The notes under the pieces: generated by a model
What the model was told of the DNA's origin: nothing
The model's input: the letters and a program-made list of their open reading frames with translations, nothing else
Databases searched by the model: none
In this document: positions 11,692 through 20,965 of the stretch, piece after piece
Position numbering within the stretch: position 1 is the first letter of the stretch
Layout: every line of letters starts with the position of its first letter
Origin: Nitriliruptoraceae bacterium
GTDB taxonomy: Bacteria; Actinomycetota; Nitriliruptoria; Nitriliruptorales; Nitriliruptoraceae
Length of the DNA: 41,367 nt
Direction of reading: 5' to 3'
NCBI GenBank assembly: GCA_007117945.1
Contig: SKTN01000138.1
Coordinates: 1 to 41,367 of the forward strand
Made by a program: the position numbers and the translations under genes

Positions 11692-11967
11692 GGGGTGTCC
11701 TCCGGCTGCGGGCGGAGCGCAACGCGCTCTCCTCGAGCATGCCGCACCGCCCGCCGCCGCGCGTGCGCACCACCCCGTCCGTACGGCAGGGACATGGGCC
11801 CGGGGAGCGCGACGGCACGGTGGCGTGACCGGTGCGGCCCCGACGCGCGCGCGACGACGCGCGCAGCCTCCCACGGATCGGTCCGGCTCGTACACTCGCC
11901 GTCGCGGCGACGCGAGACCGCCCCGCGGGGCGGGACCGGGTCAGCCACCCCGACGCGAGGAGGCCAC

Positions 11968-13827
11968 GTGGTGGGTCCACAGCGGGACGGCGAGGACCGG
12001 GAGCAGGCTGCGGGTGACCGGGGCTTCGACCCGCCTGGCCTCGATCCGGATCCCCTGGCCTCGGGCGGCGGCGCCTTCGACCAGCTACCGGTCCCGCAGG
12101 CCGAGCCGGCGGACGAGAACGACCCCGACGCCGTGCTCGCGGAGCTCAAGGTGCTGCGCGAGGAGGCTGAGCTCCTGCGTCGTCGCCTGGCCAGCGCCCC
12201 GACCCGGATCCGGGTACTCGAGGAGCGCCTGCTGGAGACCTAGGGCCAGCTGCATTCGGCCACGGCCCAGAACGCGAAGCTCGCCGAGACCCTGCGCAGC
12301 GCCCGCGACCAGCTCACCACGCTGAAGGAGGAGGTCGAGCGCCTCTCCGCCCCACCCCAGACCTACGGCACCTACCTCGGTGTCGGTGCGGACGAGGACA
12401 CCCTCACGGTGATGGTCTCGGGCCGCAAGCTCGAGGTCTCCACCAGCCCCGAGGTCGAGGTGGCCGACCTCGAACCCGGCCAGGAGGTCCGGCTCAACGA
12501 CGCCATGAACGTCGTGGCGGTCGGCGGGTTCGAGGACCGCGGCGAGGTGGTGACCATCGCCGAACTGCTCGGCGACGGCCGGGTGCTGGTGGTGGGCCGC
12601 ACCGACGACGAGCGGGTGGTCACCCTCGCCACGCCGCTGCGGGAGCTGCCCCTGAAGGCCGGGGACTCCCTGCTCCTCGACCCCCGCGCGAACACCGCCC
12701 TGGAGCGCATCCCCAAGGCCGAGGTGGAGCAGCTGATCCTCGAGCAGGTCCCCGACGTCACCTACGAGCAGATCGGCGGCCTCGGCGACCAGGTCGAGGC
12801 GATCCGTGACGCCGTCGAGCTGCCCTACCTCCACGCGGAGCTGTTCGTCGAGCACGAGCTGCGCGCACCGAAGGGGATCCTGCTCTACGGCCCGCCCGGC
12901 TGCGGCAAGACCATGATCGCCAAGGCCGTGGCCAACTCCCTGGCGCAGCGCGTGGCGGAGCGCACGGGTCGCACCGACGTGACCAGCTACTTCCTCAACG
13001 TCAAGGGTCCGGAGCTGCTCAACAAGTACGTCGGCGAGACCGAGCGCCAGATCCGGCTGATCTTCCAGCGGGCCCGGGAGAAGTCGGCCCAGGGCTTCCC
13101 CGTCATCGTGTTCTTCGACGAGATGGAGTCGCTGTTCCGCACCCGCGGCTCCGGGGTGTCCTCCGACGTGGAGACCACGATCGTGCCCCAGCTGCTCGCG
13201 GAGATCGACGGGGTGGAGAGCCTCAAGGACGTGGTGGTGATCGGCGCCTCCAACCGCGAGGACATGATCGACCCCGCGATCCTGCGCCCCGGGCGGCTCG
13301 ACGTGAAGATCAAGGTGGACCGCCCGGGCGCGGACGCCGCCCGCGAGGTGTTCGCGATCTACCTCCACGAGCGCCTGCCCCTGGCCGAGGAGGAGGTGCG
13401 CACCGCCGGCGACCCGGCACGGGCGATCGCGGCGATGATCGACCGCACCGTGGAGAAGATGTACGCCACCGACCCGGACAACGAGTTCCTCGAGGTCACC
13501 TACGCCAACGGGGAGAAGGAGGTCCTGTACTTCAAGGACTTCAACTCCGGGGCGATGATCGAGAACGTGGTGGCCCGCGCCAAGAAGCTCGCGATCAAGC
13601 GGCTGCTGGACACCGGCGACCGGGGCCTGCGCACCCGGGACCTGCTCACCGCGATCCGCGACGAGTTCCGTGAGAACGAGGACCTGCCCAACACCACCAA
13701 CCCCGACGACTGGGCGCGGATCAGCGGCAAGAAGGGCGAGCGGATCGTCTACGTGCGCACGTTGCTGTCGGGCCAGGACACGCCGGGCCGCTCGATCGAG
13801 AACGTCAACCCCGGGCAGTACCTGTGA
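11968..13827 (+). pseudogene. arc: Full-length ARC/Mpa proteasomal AAA+ ATPase reading frame, interrupted by in-frame TAG at 12241-12243
   Basis: GAGGAGG SD followed by GTG at 11968 or 11971. Frame-1 translation gives an acidic N-terminus and a coiled coil (AELKVLREEAELLRRRL...[48 protein letters not shown]), continuous with the OB and AAA domains. About 619 codons, similar to Mpa (609 aa). Confidence 0.7.
12409..13827 (+). CDS. arc: ARC/Mpa AAA+ ATPase, uninterrupted downstream ORF (OB domains + AAA module)
   Basis: Walker A GPPGCGKT, Walker [36 protein letters not shown], and a C-terminal ...PGQYL proteasome-docking tail. The first canonical starts after the TAG are GTG 12406 and ATG 12409. 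Confidence 0.85.
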   Translation: MMVSGRKLEVSTSPEVEVADLEPGQEVRLNDAMNVVAVGGFEDRGEVVTIAELLGDGRVLVVGRTDDERVVTLATPLRELPLKAGDSLLLDPRANTALERIPKAEVEQLILEQVPDVTYEQIGGLGDQVEAIRDAVELPYLHAELFVEHELRAPKGILLYGPPGCGKTMIAKAVANSLAQRVAERTGRTDVTSYFLNVKGPELLNKYVGETERQIRLIFQRAREKSAQGFPVIVFFDEMESLFRTRGSGVSSDVETTIVPQLLAEIDGVESLKDVVVIGASNREDMIDPAILRPGRLDVKIKVDRPGADAAREVFAIYLHERLPLAEEEVRTAGDPARAIAAMIDRTVEKMYATDPDNEFLEVTYANGEKEVLYFKDFNSGAMIENVVARAKKLAIKRLLDTGDRGLRTRDLLTAIRDEFRENEDLPNTTNPDDWARISGKKGERIVYVRTLLSGQDTPGRSIENVNPGQYL

Positions 13828-13837
13828 ACGGCAGGCG

Positions 13838-15325
13838 ATGAGCACGCCCAAGTACGTCGGTGTGGAGACCGAGTACGGCATCACCGTCGACGGTCCGAAC
13901 CCCGTGAACCCGGTCCTGGCCTCCTCGATGGTGGTGGGGGCCTACCGCGCCGCCGGGGACGACGACGTGCGCTGGGACCACACCGACGAGTCGCCCCAGC
14001 GTGACGCCCGGGTGGGCACGGTGCCGGAACCGGGCGAGCCGATGATCGACGACGAGCTCGGGCTGGCCAACACCGTGCTCACCAACGGCGCACGCTTCTA
14101 CGTCGACCACGCCCACCCGGAGTACGCCACCCCGGAGTGCACCAACGCCCGCGACCTGGTGGTGTGGGACCGGGCCGGTGAGCTGATCCTGGCCGACGCC
14201 GCCGAGCGGGCGGCGGCCAGCCTGCCGGCGGGCAGCCGGGTGCTGATCCACAAGAACAACACCGACGGCAAGGGGGCGGCCTACGGCACCCACGAGAACT
14301 ACCTCGTGCCCCGTACCGTGCCCTTCGGGCGCCTGACCCGCCAGCTCCTGCCCTTCTTCGTCAGCCGGCCGCTGTACACCGGTGCCGGCCGCATCGGCAG
14401 CGAACTGGACGGGCGCGTGGGCTTCCAGCTCACCCAGCGCGCCGACTTCTTCGAGGTGGAGGTGGGGCTCGAGACCACCCTCAAGCGCCCGCTGATGAAC
14501 ACCCGGGACGAGCCCCACGCCGACCCGGAGCGCTACCGCCGTCTCCACGTGATCAACGGCGACGCGAACCTGTGCGAGGTGGCGACCTTCCTCAAGGTCG
14601 GCACGATGCTGCTCCTGCTCGACGCGATCGAGGACGACGCGCTGCCGGCGGTGCCCGTGCTCGCCGAGCCCGTGGCCGCCTTCCACGCCGTCAGCCACGA
14701 CCTGACCGCTCGGGTGGAGCTGCCTCTGGAGGACGGGGGCACGATCACCCCCCTGGCGCTGCAACGCTGGTACCTCGATGCCGTCCGCCGCTACGTCAAG
14801 GACCGTGACCAGCCCCTGGACGCCACCGGTGAGGAGGTGCTGACCCGCTGGGAGGCCGTGCTGGCCACCGCGGAGGAGGACCCCCGTCTGCTGGCGGGCC
14901 AGGTGGACTGGGCCACCAAGCTGGAACTGCTCGAGGGCTACCGGGCTCGCCACGGGCTCGAGTGGACCAGCGACCGGCTCAAGATGGTCGACCTGCAGTA
15001 CCACGACGTGCGGCGGGACAAGGGGCTCTACCACCGCCTGGCCGCCCGGGGACGCATCGAGCGGCTGGTCGGTGACGACGAGGTGGCGGCCGCGGTACGC
15101 ACCCCGCCCGAGGACACCCGCGCCTGGTTCCGCGGCGAGTGCATCCGCCGGTTCCGGTCCCAGGTGGTCGCCGCGGGCTGGGACGCGTTGATCCTGGACC
15201 CGGGGCAGGACAGCCTGCAGCGCGTGCCGATGATGGAGCCCGGCCGGGGGACCCGGGTGCAGGTCGGCGCGCTCCTCGACGAGGTGGAGGACGTCGCCGG
15301 CCTCCTCGCACGCCTCCGGGCGTGA
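13838..15325 (+). CDS. dop: Pup deamidase/depupylase
   Basis: [32 protein letters not shown]. Has a Dop-type loop insertion (RWDHTDESPQRDARVGTVPEPGEPMIDDELG) that is absent from the pafA paralogue. Located between arc and pup. Confidence 0.9.
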   Translation: MSTPKYVGVETEYGITVDGPNPVNPVLASSMVVGAYRAAGDDDVRWDHTDESPQRDARVGTVPEPGEPMIDDELGLANTVLTNGARFYVDHAHPEYATPECTNARDLVVWDRAGELILADAAERAAASLPAGSRVLIHKNNTDGKGAAYGTHENYLVPRTVPFGRLTRQLLPFFVSRPLYTGAGRIGSELDGRVGFQLTQRADFFEVEVGLETTLKRPLMNTRDEPHADPERYRRLHVINGDANLCEVATFLKVGTMLLLLDAIEDDALPAVPVLAEPVAAFHAVSHDLTARVELPLEDGGTITPLALQRWYLDAVRRYVKDRDQPLDATGEEVLTRWEAVLATAEEDPRLLAGQVDWATKLELLEGYRARHGLEWTSDRLKMVDLQYHDVRRDKGLYHRLAARGRIERLVGDDEVAAAVRTPPEDTRAWFRGECIRRFRSQVVAAGWDALILDPGQDSLQRVPMMEPGRGTRVQVGALLDEVEDVAGLLARLRA

Positions 15326-15393
15326 CCCGCGGGCGCAGGCCGGCGGTGGCCTACCCCGTGACGACAGGACCCTCGCCGGCGGCCGGGCGGGGG

Positions 15394-15399
15394 TAGGCT
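15394..15399 (+). promoter_or_regulatory. Putative -10 hexamer TAGGCT upstream of pup
   Basis: TANNNT-type box 30 nt before the pup ATG, in the 104-nt dop-pup spacer. The same hexamer recurs upstream of four other genes here. Confidence 0.3.
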
Positions 15400-15429
15400 G
15401 CGCCTCTCCGATCGTCAGGCGGACACACC

Positions 15430-15633
15430 ATGAGCGACGGCGGTCAGGCCCACCGGCGTAGCAGCGACCAGGCCGATACGCAGGCCGAGGAGCACGCGCC
15501 CGTCGAGGGCGAGGGTGCCACGGCCCGTGAGGTGGTCGACGACGTCGACGAACTCCTCGACGAGATCGACGACGTCCTCGAGGAGAACGCCGAGGAGTTC
15601 GTGCGCGGGTACGTCCAGAAGGGCGGCCAGTAG
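15430..15633 (+). CDS. pup: Prokaryotic ubiquitin-like protein Pup
   Basis: 67 aa, acidic and disordered-looking. C-terminus ...EEFVRGYVQKGGQ (a GGQ end, which requires Dop deamidation). Confidence 0.95.
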   Translation: MSDGGQAHRRSSDQADTQAEEHAPVEGEGATAREVVDDVDELLDEIDDVLEENAEEFVRGYVQKGGQ

Positions 15634-15711
15634 TCCCGCCGCCGTCGGAGCCACCCGGCGTGCTGCCGGTGGTGCTGGCATCCCGGGTGCCGCTGCCTAC
15701 CCTGGCTGGTC

Positions 15712-17847
15712 ATGGATCTCCCGGACGCCCTCGAGCGGCCGGCGGTGCGGTGGACGTTGCTCGCCGTCGGTGGACTGCTCCTCCTGCACCTGGTCGCCTG
15801 GGTGAGCCTGCTCGGCCTGCAACGCAGCCACACCGACGCGGTGCTGGCCGGCGTCGAGGTCGATGCGGTCGCGGTCGGCGGGATGGACCGGGCGGGCCTC
15901 GTGGCGGCGGTGGAGGACCGGGCCACACAGCGTCTCGCCCAGCCGGTGCGCGTGGTCACCAGCGCCACCACGGACACCGACGAGCCCCTGGCGGCACTGC
16001 AGGACGCCCGTGCCGCGCTCGGCCAGCGGGCCGACACGCCCTCCGCGGTCGAGGAGGCCTGGGCGAAGGGTCGACGCGGCCTGCGGCGGGCCCTGGCCGA
16101 TCAGCTGCGGGTCCGTACCGGTGACACCCTGCACGTGGTCCTGCCCGTCCACATCGACGGCGACGAGCTGGAGGCGTGGGCGTCGACGGCCGCCCTGGAG
16201 CTGTCCATCCCGCCACGGGACGGTGCCATCGCGCTCTCGGGCGACGACGGCGACGTGGACATCGAGGTGACCGACGCGCGACACGGCACCGAGGTGGAGG
16301 CGGCCGAGGTGCGCGAGCAGGTCCGCGAGGCCACGATCCGCTCCGTGGGCCCCGTACGGGTCGAGGTGGCTGCGGAGCAGCTCGAGCCGGACATCACGCA
16401 GGTGGACGTCGACGCGGCGCTGGCCGACACCGAGCTCGCCGTGTCCGCAGCCGTCGAGCTCGACCACCCCTCCACCGCCGGTGAGGACCTGGTCCTCGCG
16501 CCCACCGACCTCGCCGAGGTGCTCCACGTCATCGCGGACCGGGAGGCCGCCGAGGGCGCCCGCCTGCAGGTCACGACCGATCCCGACCGGCTCGCCGACC
16601 ACCTCGGTGAGGAGCAGCTCGCGGCCCTGTCACCCGAGCGGGTCGAGGCGTCCCTGGCACTGGTCGACGGCGCGGTCGAGCGCACCGAGAGCGCCCGCGG
16701 CTTCGAGCTCGACCTGGCAGCGACGACCGCCACCGTGCTGGACCTGGCGTCGCAGGATGCGGACCGCAGCGCCGAGCTCCCCGGCGAGATCTTCGAGCCG
16801 GAGATCACCACCGAGGACGTCGAGGCGGTGGCCGGCGAGGCCGAGGTGCTGGTCAGCGCCCCCGTGACCCTCACCAACCCCTCCGCCGCAGACGACCTGG
16901 AGCTGTCACCCACCGCCCTCTCCGAGGTGCTGGACGTCGAGGTGGTGGTCGACGATGACGGGCCGTCCCTGCGGGTGGGATCCTCGGCCGACCGGCTCAC
17001 GGGGTGGCTCGGCGAGGACGGCGTGGCAGCGTTGGAGAGGAGCCCCGCGCCTGCCGACGCCAACGTCGTCGGCGGCCAACTGGTCGTGGACGGCGGCACA
17101 CCAGGGTTCTCCGTGGACACCGATGCCACGGCCGAGGTGGTGGTCGACCGGGCGCGGGACCCCGACGACCGGTCCGCAGAGCTACCCGGCGACACCACCC
17201 ACGCGGACGTCTCCCCGCAGACCTACGAGGATCTCGGGATCACCGAGGTCGTGTCCCAGTTCACCACCGATCTGACCCCGGGGCAGTCGCGCAACACCAA
17301 CATCCGCCTGGCCGCCGACCACATCGACGGCGACCGCATCCTGCCGGGCGAGAGCTACTCGCTGAACCAGGGCATCGGTCAGCGCACCGCTGCACGGGGC
17401 TTCGTCGCGAACGGTTTCATCCAGGACGGCGAGCTGATCAGCGTCACCGGCGGTGGCGTCAGCCAGATGGGCACCACCTTCTTCAACGCCGCCTGGTTCG
17501 CCGGCATCCGGATCGATGAGTTCCACCCCCACTCCCTGTACTTCGCCCGCTACCCCGAGGGGCGCGAGGCGACCCTGTCCTGGGGCACCCTCGACGTCGT
17601 GGTGCACAACGACTCGCCCTACGCGATCGAGATCTTCACCTCGCACAGCGCCTCGCACGTGACGGTGTACCTCGCGAGCACCAGCTGGGCGGCGGTCGAC
17701 ACCTGGACCGGGGAGCGCTACGACCTCGTCGAGGGCGACGAACGGGACGGGTTCACCGTCGACTTCGGCCGCGAGATCACCTACCCCGACGGCTCCACCA
17801 CCTCCGAGAGCTACTCCCACACCTACCGCCCGGCGAACGGCGACTGA
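15712..17847 (+). CDS. VanW/YoaR-family membrane-anchored protein with repeated PG_binding_4-like modules
   Basis: N-terminal TM (WTLLAVGGLLLLHLVAWVSLLGL). Two or three internally similar ~125-aa modules end in D.DDRSAELPG(E/D). C-terminal VanW domain (NIRLAADHIDGDRILPGESYSLNQ..., GGGVSQMGTTFFNAAW). No SD; TACCCT (15698-15703) sits 8 nt before the ATG, so the mRNA may be leaderless. Confidence 0.75.
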   Translation: MDLPDALERPAVRWTLLAVGGLLLLHLVAWVSLLGLQRSHTDAVLAGVEVDAVAVGGMDRAGLVAAVEDRATQRLAQPVRVVTSATTDTDEPLAALQDARAALGQRADTPSAVEEAWAKGRRGLRRALADQLRVRTGDTLHVVLPVHIDGDELEAWASTAALELSIPPRDGAIALSGDDGDVDIEVTDARHGTEVEAAEVREQVREATIRSVGPVRVEVAAEQLEPDITQVDVDAALADTELAVSAAVELDHPSTAGEDLVLAPTDLAEVLHVIADREAAEGARLQVTTDPDRLADHLGEEQLAALSPERVEASLALVDGAVERTESARGFELDLAATTATVLDLASQDADRSAELPGEIFEPEITTEDVEAVAGEAEVLVSAPVTLTNPSAADDLELSPTALSEVLDVEVVVDDDGPSLRVGSSADRLTGWLGEDGVAALERSPAPADANVVGGQLVVDGGTPGFSVDTDATAEVVVDRARDPDDRSAELPGDTTHADVSPQTYEDLGITEVVSQFTTDLTPGQSRNTNIRLAADHIDGDRILPGESYSLNQGIGQRTAARGFVANGFIQDGELISVTGGGVSQMGTTFFNAAWFAGIRIDEFHPHSLYFARYPEGREATLSWGTLDVVVHNDSPYAIEIFTSHSASHVTVYLASTSWAAVDTWTGERYDLVEGDERDGFTVDFGREITYPDGSTTSESYSHTYRPANGD

Positions 17848-17899
17848 CCCGCGCGCGGCGCCGCCGACGCCACGGGGTGCACCACGCCGTGCCCGCCGG

Positions 17900-19060
17900 T
17901 CAGGCCACCGGCGGGGCGAACCGGAGCCAGCTGCCGTGCGCCTGCACCCGGCCCAGCGCCGCGTCGTGGCGCTGCCCGTCGACCCAGCGGGTGGTCGCGA
18001 TCACGAAGCCCGGCTGGTCGGGATCGGGCGGGCCGAGCTGCCGGGCGACGAGCTCCGCGAAGGGCGCCAGGAAGTGGCCCTCGAGCCCGACCCGCCACAG
18101 CGCCCGCCGGGCACCGATGCGATCGAGGAGCGCCTCGAAGTGCTCCCGGTCCCCGGGGGCGAGGTAGGCCAGGGTGGCACTGTGCAGCACGACGACCTGG
18201 AGGTCCGGCTCGATCGCGGTGACGACGGGCTCGAGGAGCTCGAGCAGGTCACCCTGGTGCAGTTCGATGTCGTCGTGCGCGGCCGCCAGGGTCAGTGCCG
18301 CGTCGAGCCGGGCCAGCCGGTCGACGTGCTCGGGCCAGACGCAGGCGCGCAGCCACGCACGGTCGTCCGGATCGCCGACCCGCAGCGGCGTGCGGTCGAT
18401 GCCGATCCGTCGCGCCACCGGTGCCAGGTCCGTGCCCGGCACCTGGTCCAGGCAGCGCGTCTCGAGCACCACCGGCGGCGGGGATCCCGCACCGGGGACC
18501 GACGCGGTCGCTGACCGGGTCACGGCGTCGCCGGCAGCGGCCACGAGACGGTGGACGTAGCGATCGAGGTGCAACAGCAGCCCGGCGCTGGTCCCGACCT
18601 CGACCAGGGCGAGTCGGCGGGTGGGCGCTGCACCACGCTCCGGGCCCGCTCGGCGCTGGAGCCACGACACGGCCGCGCGCTGGCCGGCGGTGCGACCCGG
18701 TTCGTTGGTCTGGGTCGAGCGGGCCTGGAGCCGATCCACGATCGCGTCACGATGGCGGTCCAACACCGCGAGGAACGCGGCCGTGGCCGCGGCATCGGGC
18801 GCCCGGTCACCCCCGACGGAGGGGTAGTAGGCCGCCAGCGCGCCCTGCTCGACCCCGCGGAGCAGCAGGTCGTGCACCGCCGCGAAGACCAGCGTCGCCC
18901 GCCGTTGCGCGAGCGGCGCCAGGTCGAGGATGCCGGCGGCGTCCTCGTCGCCTGCCAGCGCACCGCTGAGGTGGGCGTACAGCGGCGAGGTGGGACGGGC
19001 CTCCTGCGCGAAGGTGGCGAAGCGCAGGGCCGCCGTGGTGTCGTCCTGGGTGGGATGCAT
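17900..19060 (-). CDS. DUF2332-family protein (function unknown)
   Basis: N-terminus LRFATFAQEARPTSPLYAHLSGALAGDEDAAGILDLAPLAQRRATLVFAAVHDLLL is typical of DUF2332 (recognised from memory). GGGAGG lies 8 nt before the ATG. Confidence 0.6.
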   Translation of the reverse strand: MHPTQDDTTAALRFATFAQEARPTSPLYAHLSGALAGDEDAAGILDLAPLAQRRATLVFAAVHDLLLRGVEQGALAAYYPSVGGDRAPDAAATAAFLAVLDRHRDAIVDRLQARSTQTNEPGRTAGQRAAVSWLQRRAGPERGAAPTRRLALVEVGTSAGLLLHLDRYVHRLVAAAGDAVTRSATASVPGAGSPPPVVLETRCLDQVPGTDLAPVARRIGIDRTPLRVGDPDDRAWLRACVWPEHVDRLARLDAALTLAAAHDDIELHQGDLLELLEPVVTAIEPDLQVVVLHSATLAYLAPGDREHFEALLDRIGARRALWRVGLEGHFLAPFAELVARQLGPPDPDQPGFVIATTRWVDGQRHDAALGRVQAHGSWLRFAPPVA

Positions 19061-19327
19061 CCGTGCGACCTCCCGGTCGCGCAGCGTAGGCGTGGACCTC
19101 GCGGCAGCCGCCCGTCACCCCACGTCCCCGTGACATCGATGCACCCGGTTCGGCGGCGGTGCCCGCACATCGATGCTTGCATCGTGCCGGGAGGCCGCTA
19201 GCGTTCCGCCGGTACTACCGCGGTAGGTGGTTGGGAGGCCCGGCCGGGGGGTCCCGTCGCCGGTCCTGAGTACCTACCGATCGTCGTGGCCGCACGGTCA
19301 CGGAGACGGAACGATCAAGGAGTCAGC

Positions 19328-20335
19328 ATGACCGTGTTCAAGCGCAAGCGCAGCCGCACGCTTCGTCTTGCGGCAGCGGTGGCAGCGGGTGCCATGATCC
19401 TCGCCGCGTGCAACGGCGACGAGGACGTAGCCGACGACGACAACGGGGAGGCGGCGGCCGAGGACCGCGTCTTCCTGACGATGGCCACGGGCTCGACCGG
19501 TGGGACCTACTTCCCGCTCGGTGGCGCGATGGCCGGGGTGTGGAACGACAACATCGACGAGGTCCGGGTCAACACCCAGTCCTCCGGTGCCTCCGTGGAG
19601 AACCTGCGCCTGCTGCAGTCGGGCGAGGTCGACATGGTCCTCGCGGTCAACGGTGTCGCTGCCGACGCCATCGCCGGTGAGGGGGAGTTCGAGGGCGAGG
19701 ACTACGACTTCGTCACCATCGGCAACATCTACGGTGAGGTCACCCAGATCGTCGCCACCGCGGAGTCCGGCATCACCTCGATCGCCGACCTCGAGGGTGC
19801 CCGCGTCGCGCTCGGCCCCCCGGGATCCGGCACCGAGGTGATCGCCCGCTTCATCCTCGAGACCCAGGGCATCGATCCCGACAGCGACATCGAGGCGTTC
19901 AACGACACCTTCGGTGAGGCCGCCGACGGTCTGCGTGACGGCCGCCTCGACGCCGCCTTCGCCATCCTCGCGCTGCCGGCAGGTTCCATCGAGGAGGTCG
20001 CGACCTCCGTGGACATCAACATCGTCTCCATCGAGGGTGACCTCATGGACACCCTGCTGGACGCCGATCCGACCCTGTCCTCCCTGGACATCCCGGCCGG
20101 GACCTACCCCGGTCAGGACGACGACGCGGTCACCGTGACCAACTGGGCGACGCTCTACGCCCCGGCGGATCTCGACGAGGACCTCGTCTACGAGATGACC
20201 CGGGTGCTGTTCACGGAGACGGAGTCGATCGCCAACGCGATCGCCGTCGGTGAGCAGATCCAGATCGACACCGCCCTGGACGGCAACGACATCGACGTGC
20301 ACCCCGGTGCACAGCGCTTCTACGACGAGAACTAG
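19328..20335 (+). CDS. TAXI-family TRAP transporter solute-binding lipoprotein
   Basis: Signal peptide plus lipobox (AMILAAC). TGSTGGTYFPLGGAMAGVWN and LQSGEVDMVL are TAXI hallmarks. AAGGAG lies 5 nt before the ATG. The mature protein is very acidic. Confidence 0.85.
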   Translation: MTVFKRKRSRTLRLAAAVAAGAMILAACNGDEDVADDDNGEAAAEDRVFLTMATGSTGGTYFPLGGAMAGVWNDNIDEVRVNTQSSGASVENLRLLQSGEVDMVLAVNGVAADAIAGEGEFEGEDYDFVTIGNIYGEVTQIVATAESGITSIADLEGARVALGPPGSGTEVIARFILETQGIDPDSDIEAFNDTFGEAADGLRDGRLDAAFAILALPAGSIEEVATSVDINIVSIEGDLMDTLLDADPTLSSLDIPAGTYPGQDDDAVTVTNWATLYAPADLDEDLVYEMTRVLFTETESIANAIAVGEQIQIDTALDGNDIDVHPGAQRFYDEN

Positions 20336-20904
20336 TGCCAGACACCGGCGCAGCGGGTGGGACGCGGCTCACGCCGTCGTCCCCACCTGCGCGCCGTCGC
20401 AGCATCCCGGTGGTGGCCGTCACGCTCGTGGCGGCCACCACCGTCGTCGTGGCCCTGGTCCTCGTCGGACGCGGGGGCGGGGAGCGGCCGGTACTGGAGC
20501 TCGGCGATCCCTCCACCGGCGAGCTGCTCTACGAGCGACCCGTCGAGGTGGGGGAGGAGCTCGTGCTCACCCACACCCACTCGGTCACCCGTCGACCGGT
20601 GATCGAGCGGTTCTCCGTGGACGACGACCACGGCCTGACCCTCGAGTCGATGGAGTTCGACGAGCCCGGGCCCAACCTGCCCACGGGCCCGGAGCGGTTC
20701 GGGGAGCAGATGACCTCGTTCGAGACGGTGGATGGCGTCTATCGTGTCGACCACCACGGGTACCCGATCGGGAGCGTGACGCTGCGCACGGGAGGCGCGG
20801 ATGTCGACCACACGCTCACCTTCGGTGACGGTGAGCAGGTCCGCCTGCTCGAACTGACCAGGGCCGGGGGACCGGTCGAGCTGCGGGTCGCAGGGGAGAG
20901 GTGA
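20335..20904 (+). CDS. DUF1850 domain protein (TAXI-TRAP associated)
   Basis: Single N-terminal TM followed by ...LVLTHTHSVTRRPVIERFSVDDDHGLTLESMEFD... Located between the TAXI SBP and the fused permease, as is usual for DUF1850. The GTG overlaps the SBP stop (TAGTG). Confidence 0.65.
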   Translation: MPDTGAAGGTRLTPSSPPARRRSIPVVAVTLVAATTVVVALVLVGRGGGERPVLELGDPSTGELLYERPVEVGEELVLTHTHSVTRRPVIERFSVDDDHGLTLESMEFDEPGPNLPTGPERFGEQMTSFETVDGVYRVDHHGYPIGSVTLRTGGADVDHTLTFGDGEQVRLLELTRAGGPVELRVAGER

Positions 20905-20965
20905 GCACCGCAGCACCGCCGAGGTGTCCGAGCGCCCTGCACGGGGTGGCAGTGGGAGGAGCGAG

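Noticed and set aside
11841-11933. GC-rich palindromes or hairpins in the arc 5' region (GCGCGCG..CGCGCGC around 11845-11865; the 16-bp perfect palindrome CCGCCCCGCGGGGCGG at 11918-11933), and a TACACT box at 11891-11896, as a possible riboswitch or attenuator.
   Set aside because: Short GC palindromes are expected frequently at this base composition. No recognisable riboswitch architecture or U-tract is present, so I cannot support a specific call.
12241-12243. The TAG in arc decoded as pyrrolysine or by a reassigned genetic code.
   Set aside because: TAG clearly terminates pup (15631-15633), pafA (26870-26872) and the TAXI SBP (20333-20335) in this same window. No pyl genes are visible. 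Code reassignment is therefore unlikely.
15651-15672. Imperfect hairpin CCACC-C-GGC/GCC-GGTGG after pup as an intrinsic terminator.
   Set aside because: Short bulged stem, no U-tract, and the free energy is unclear without computation.
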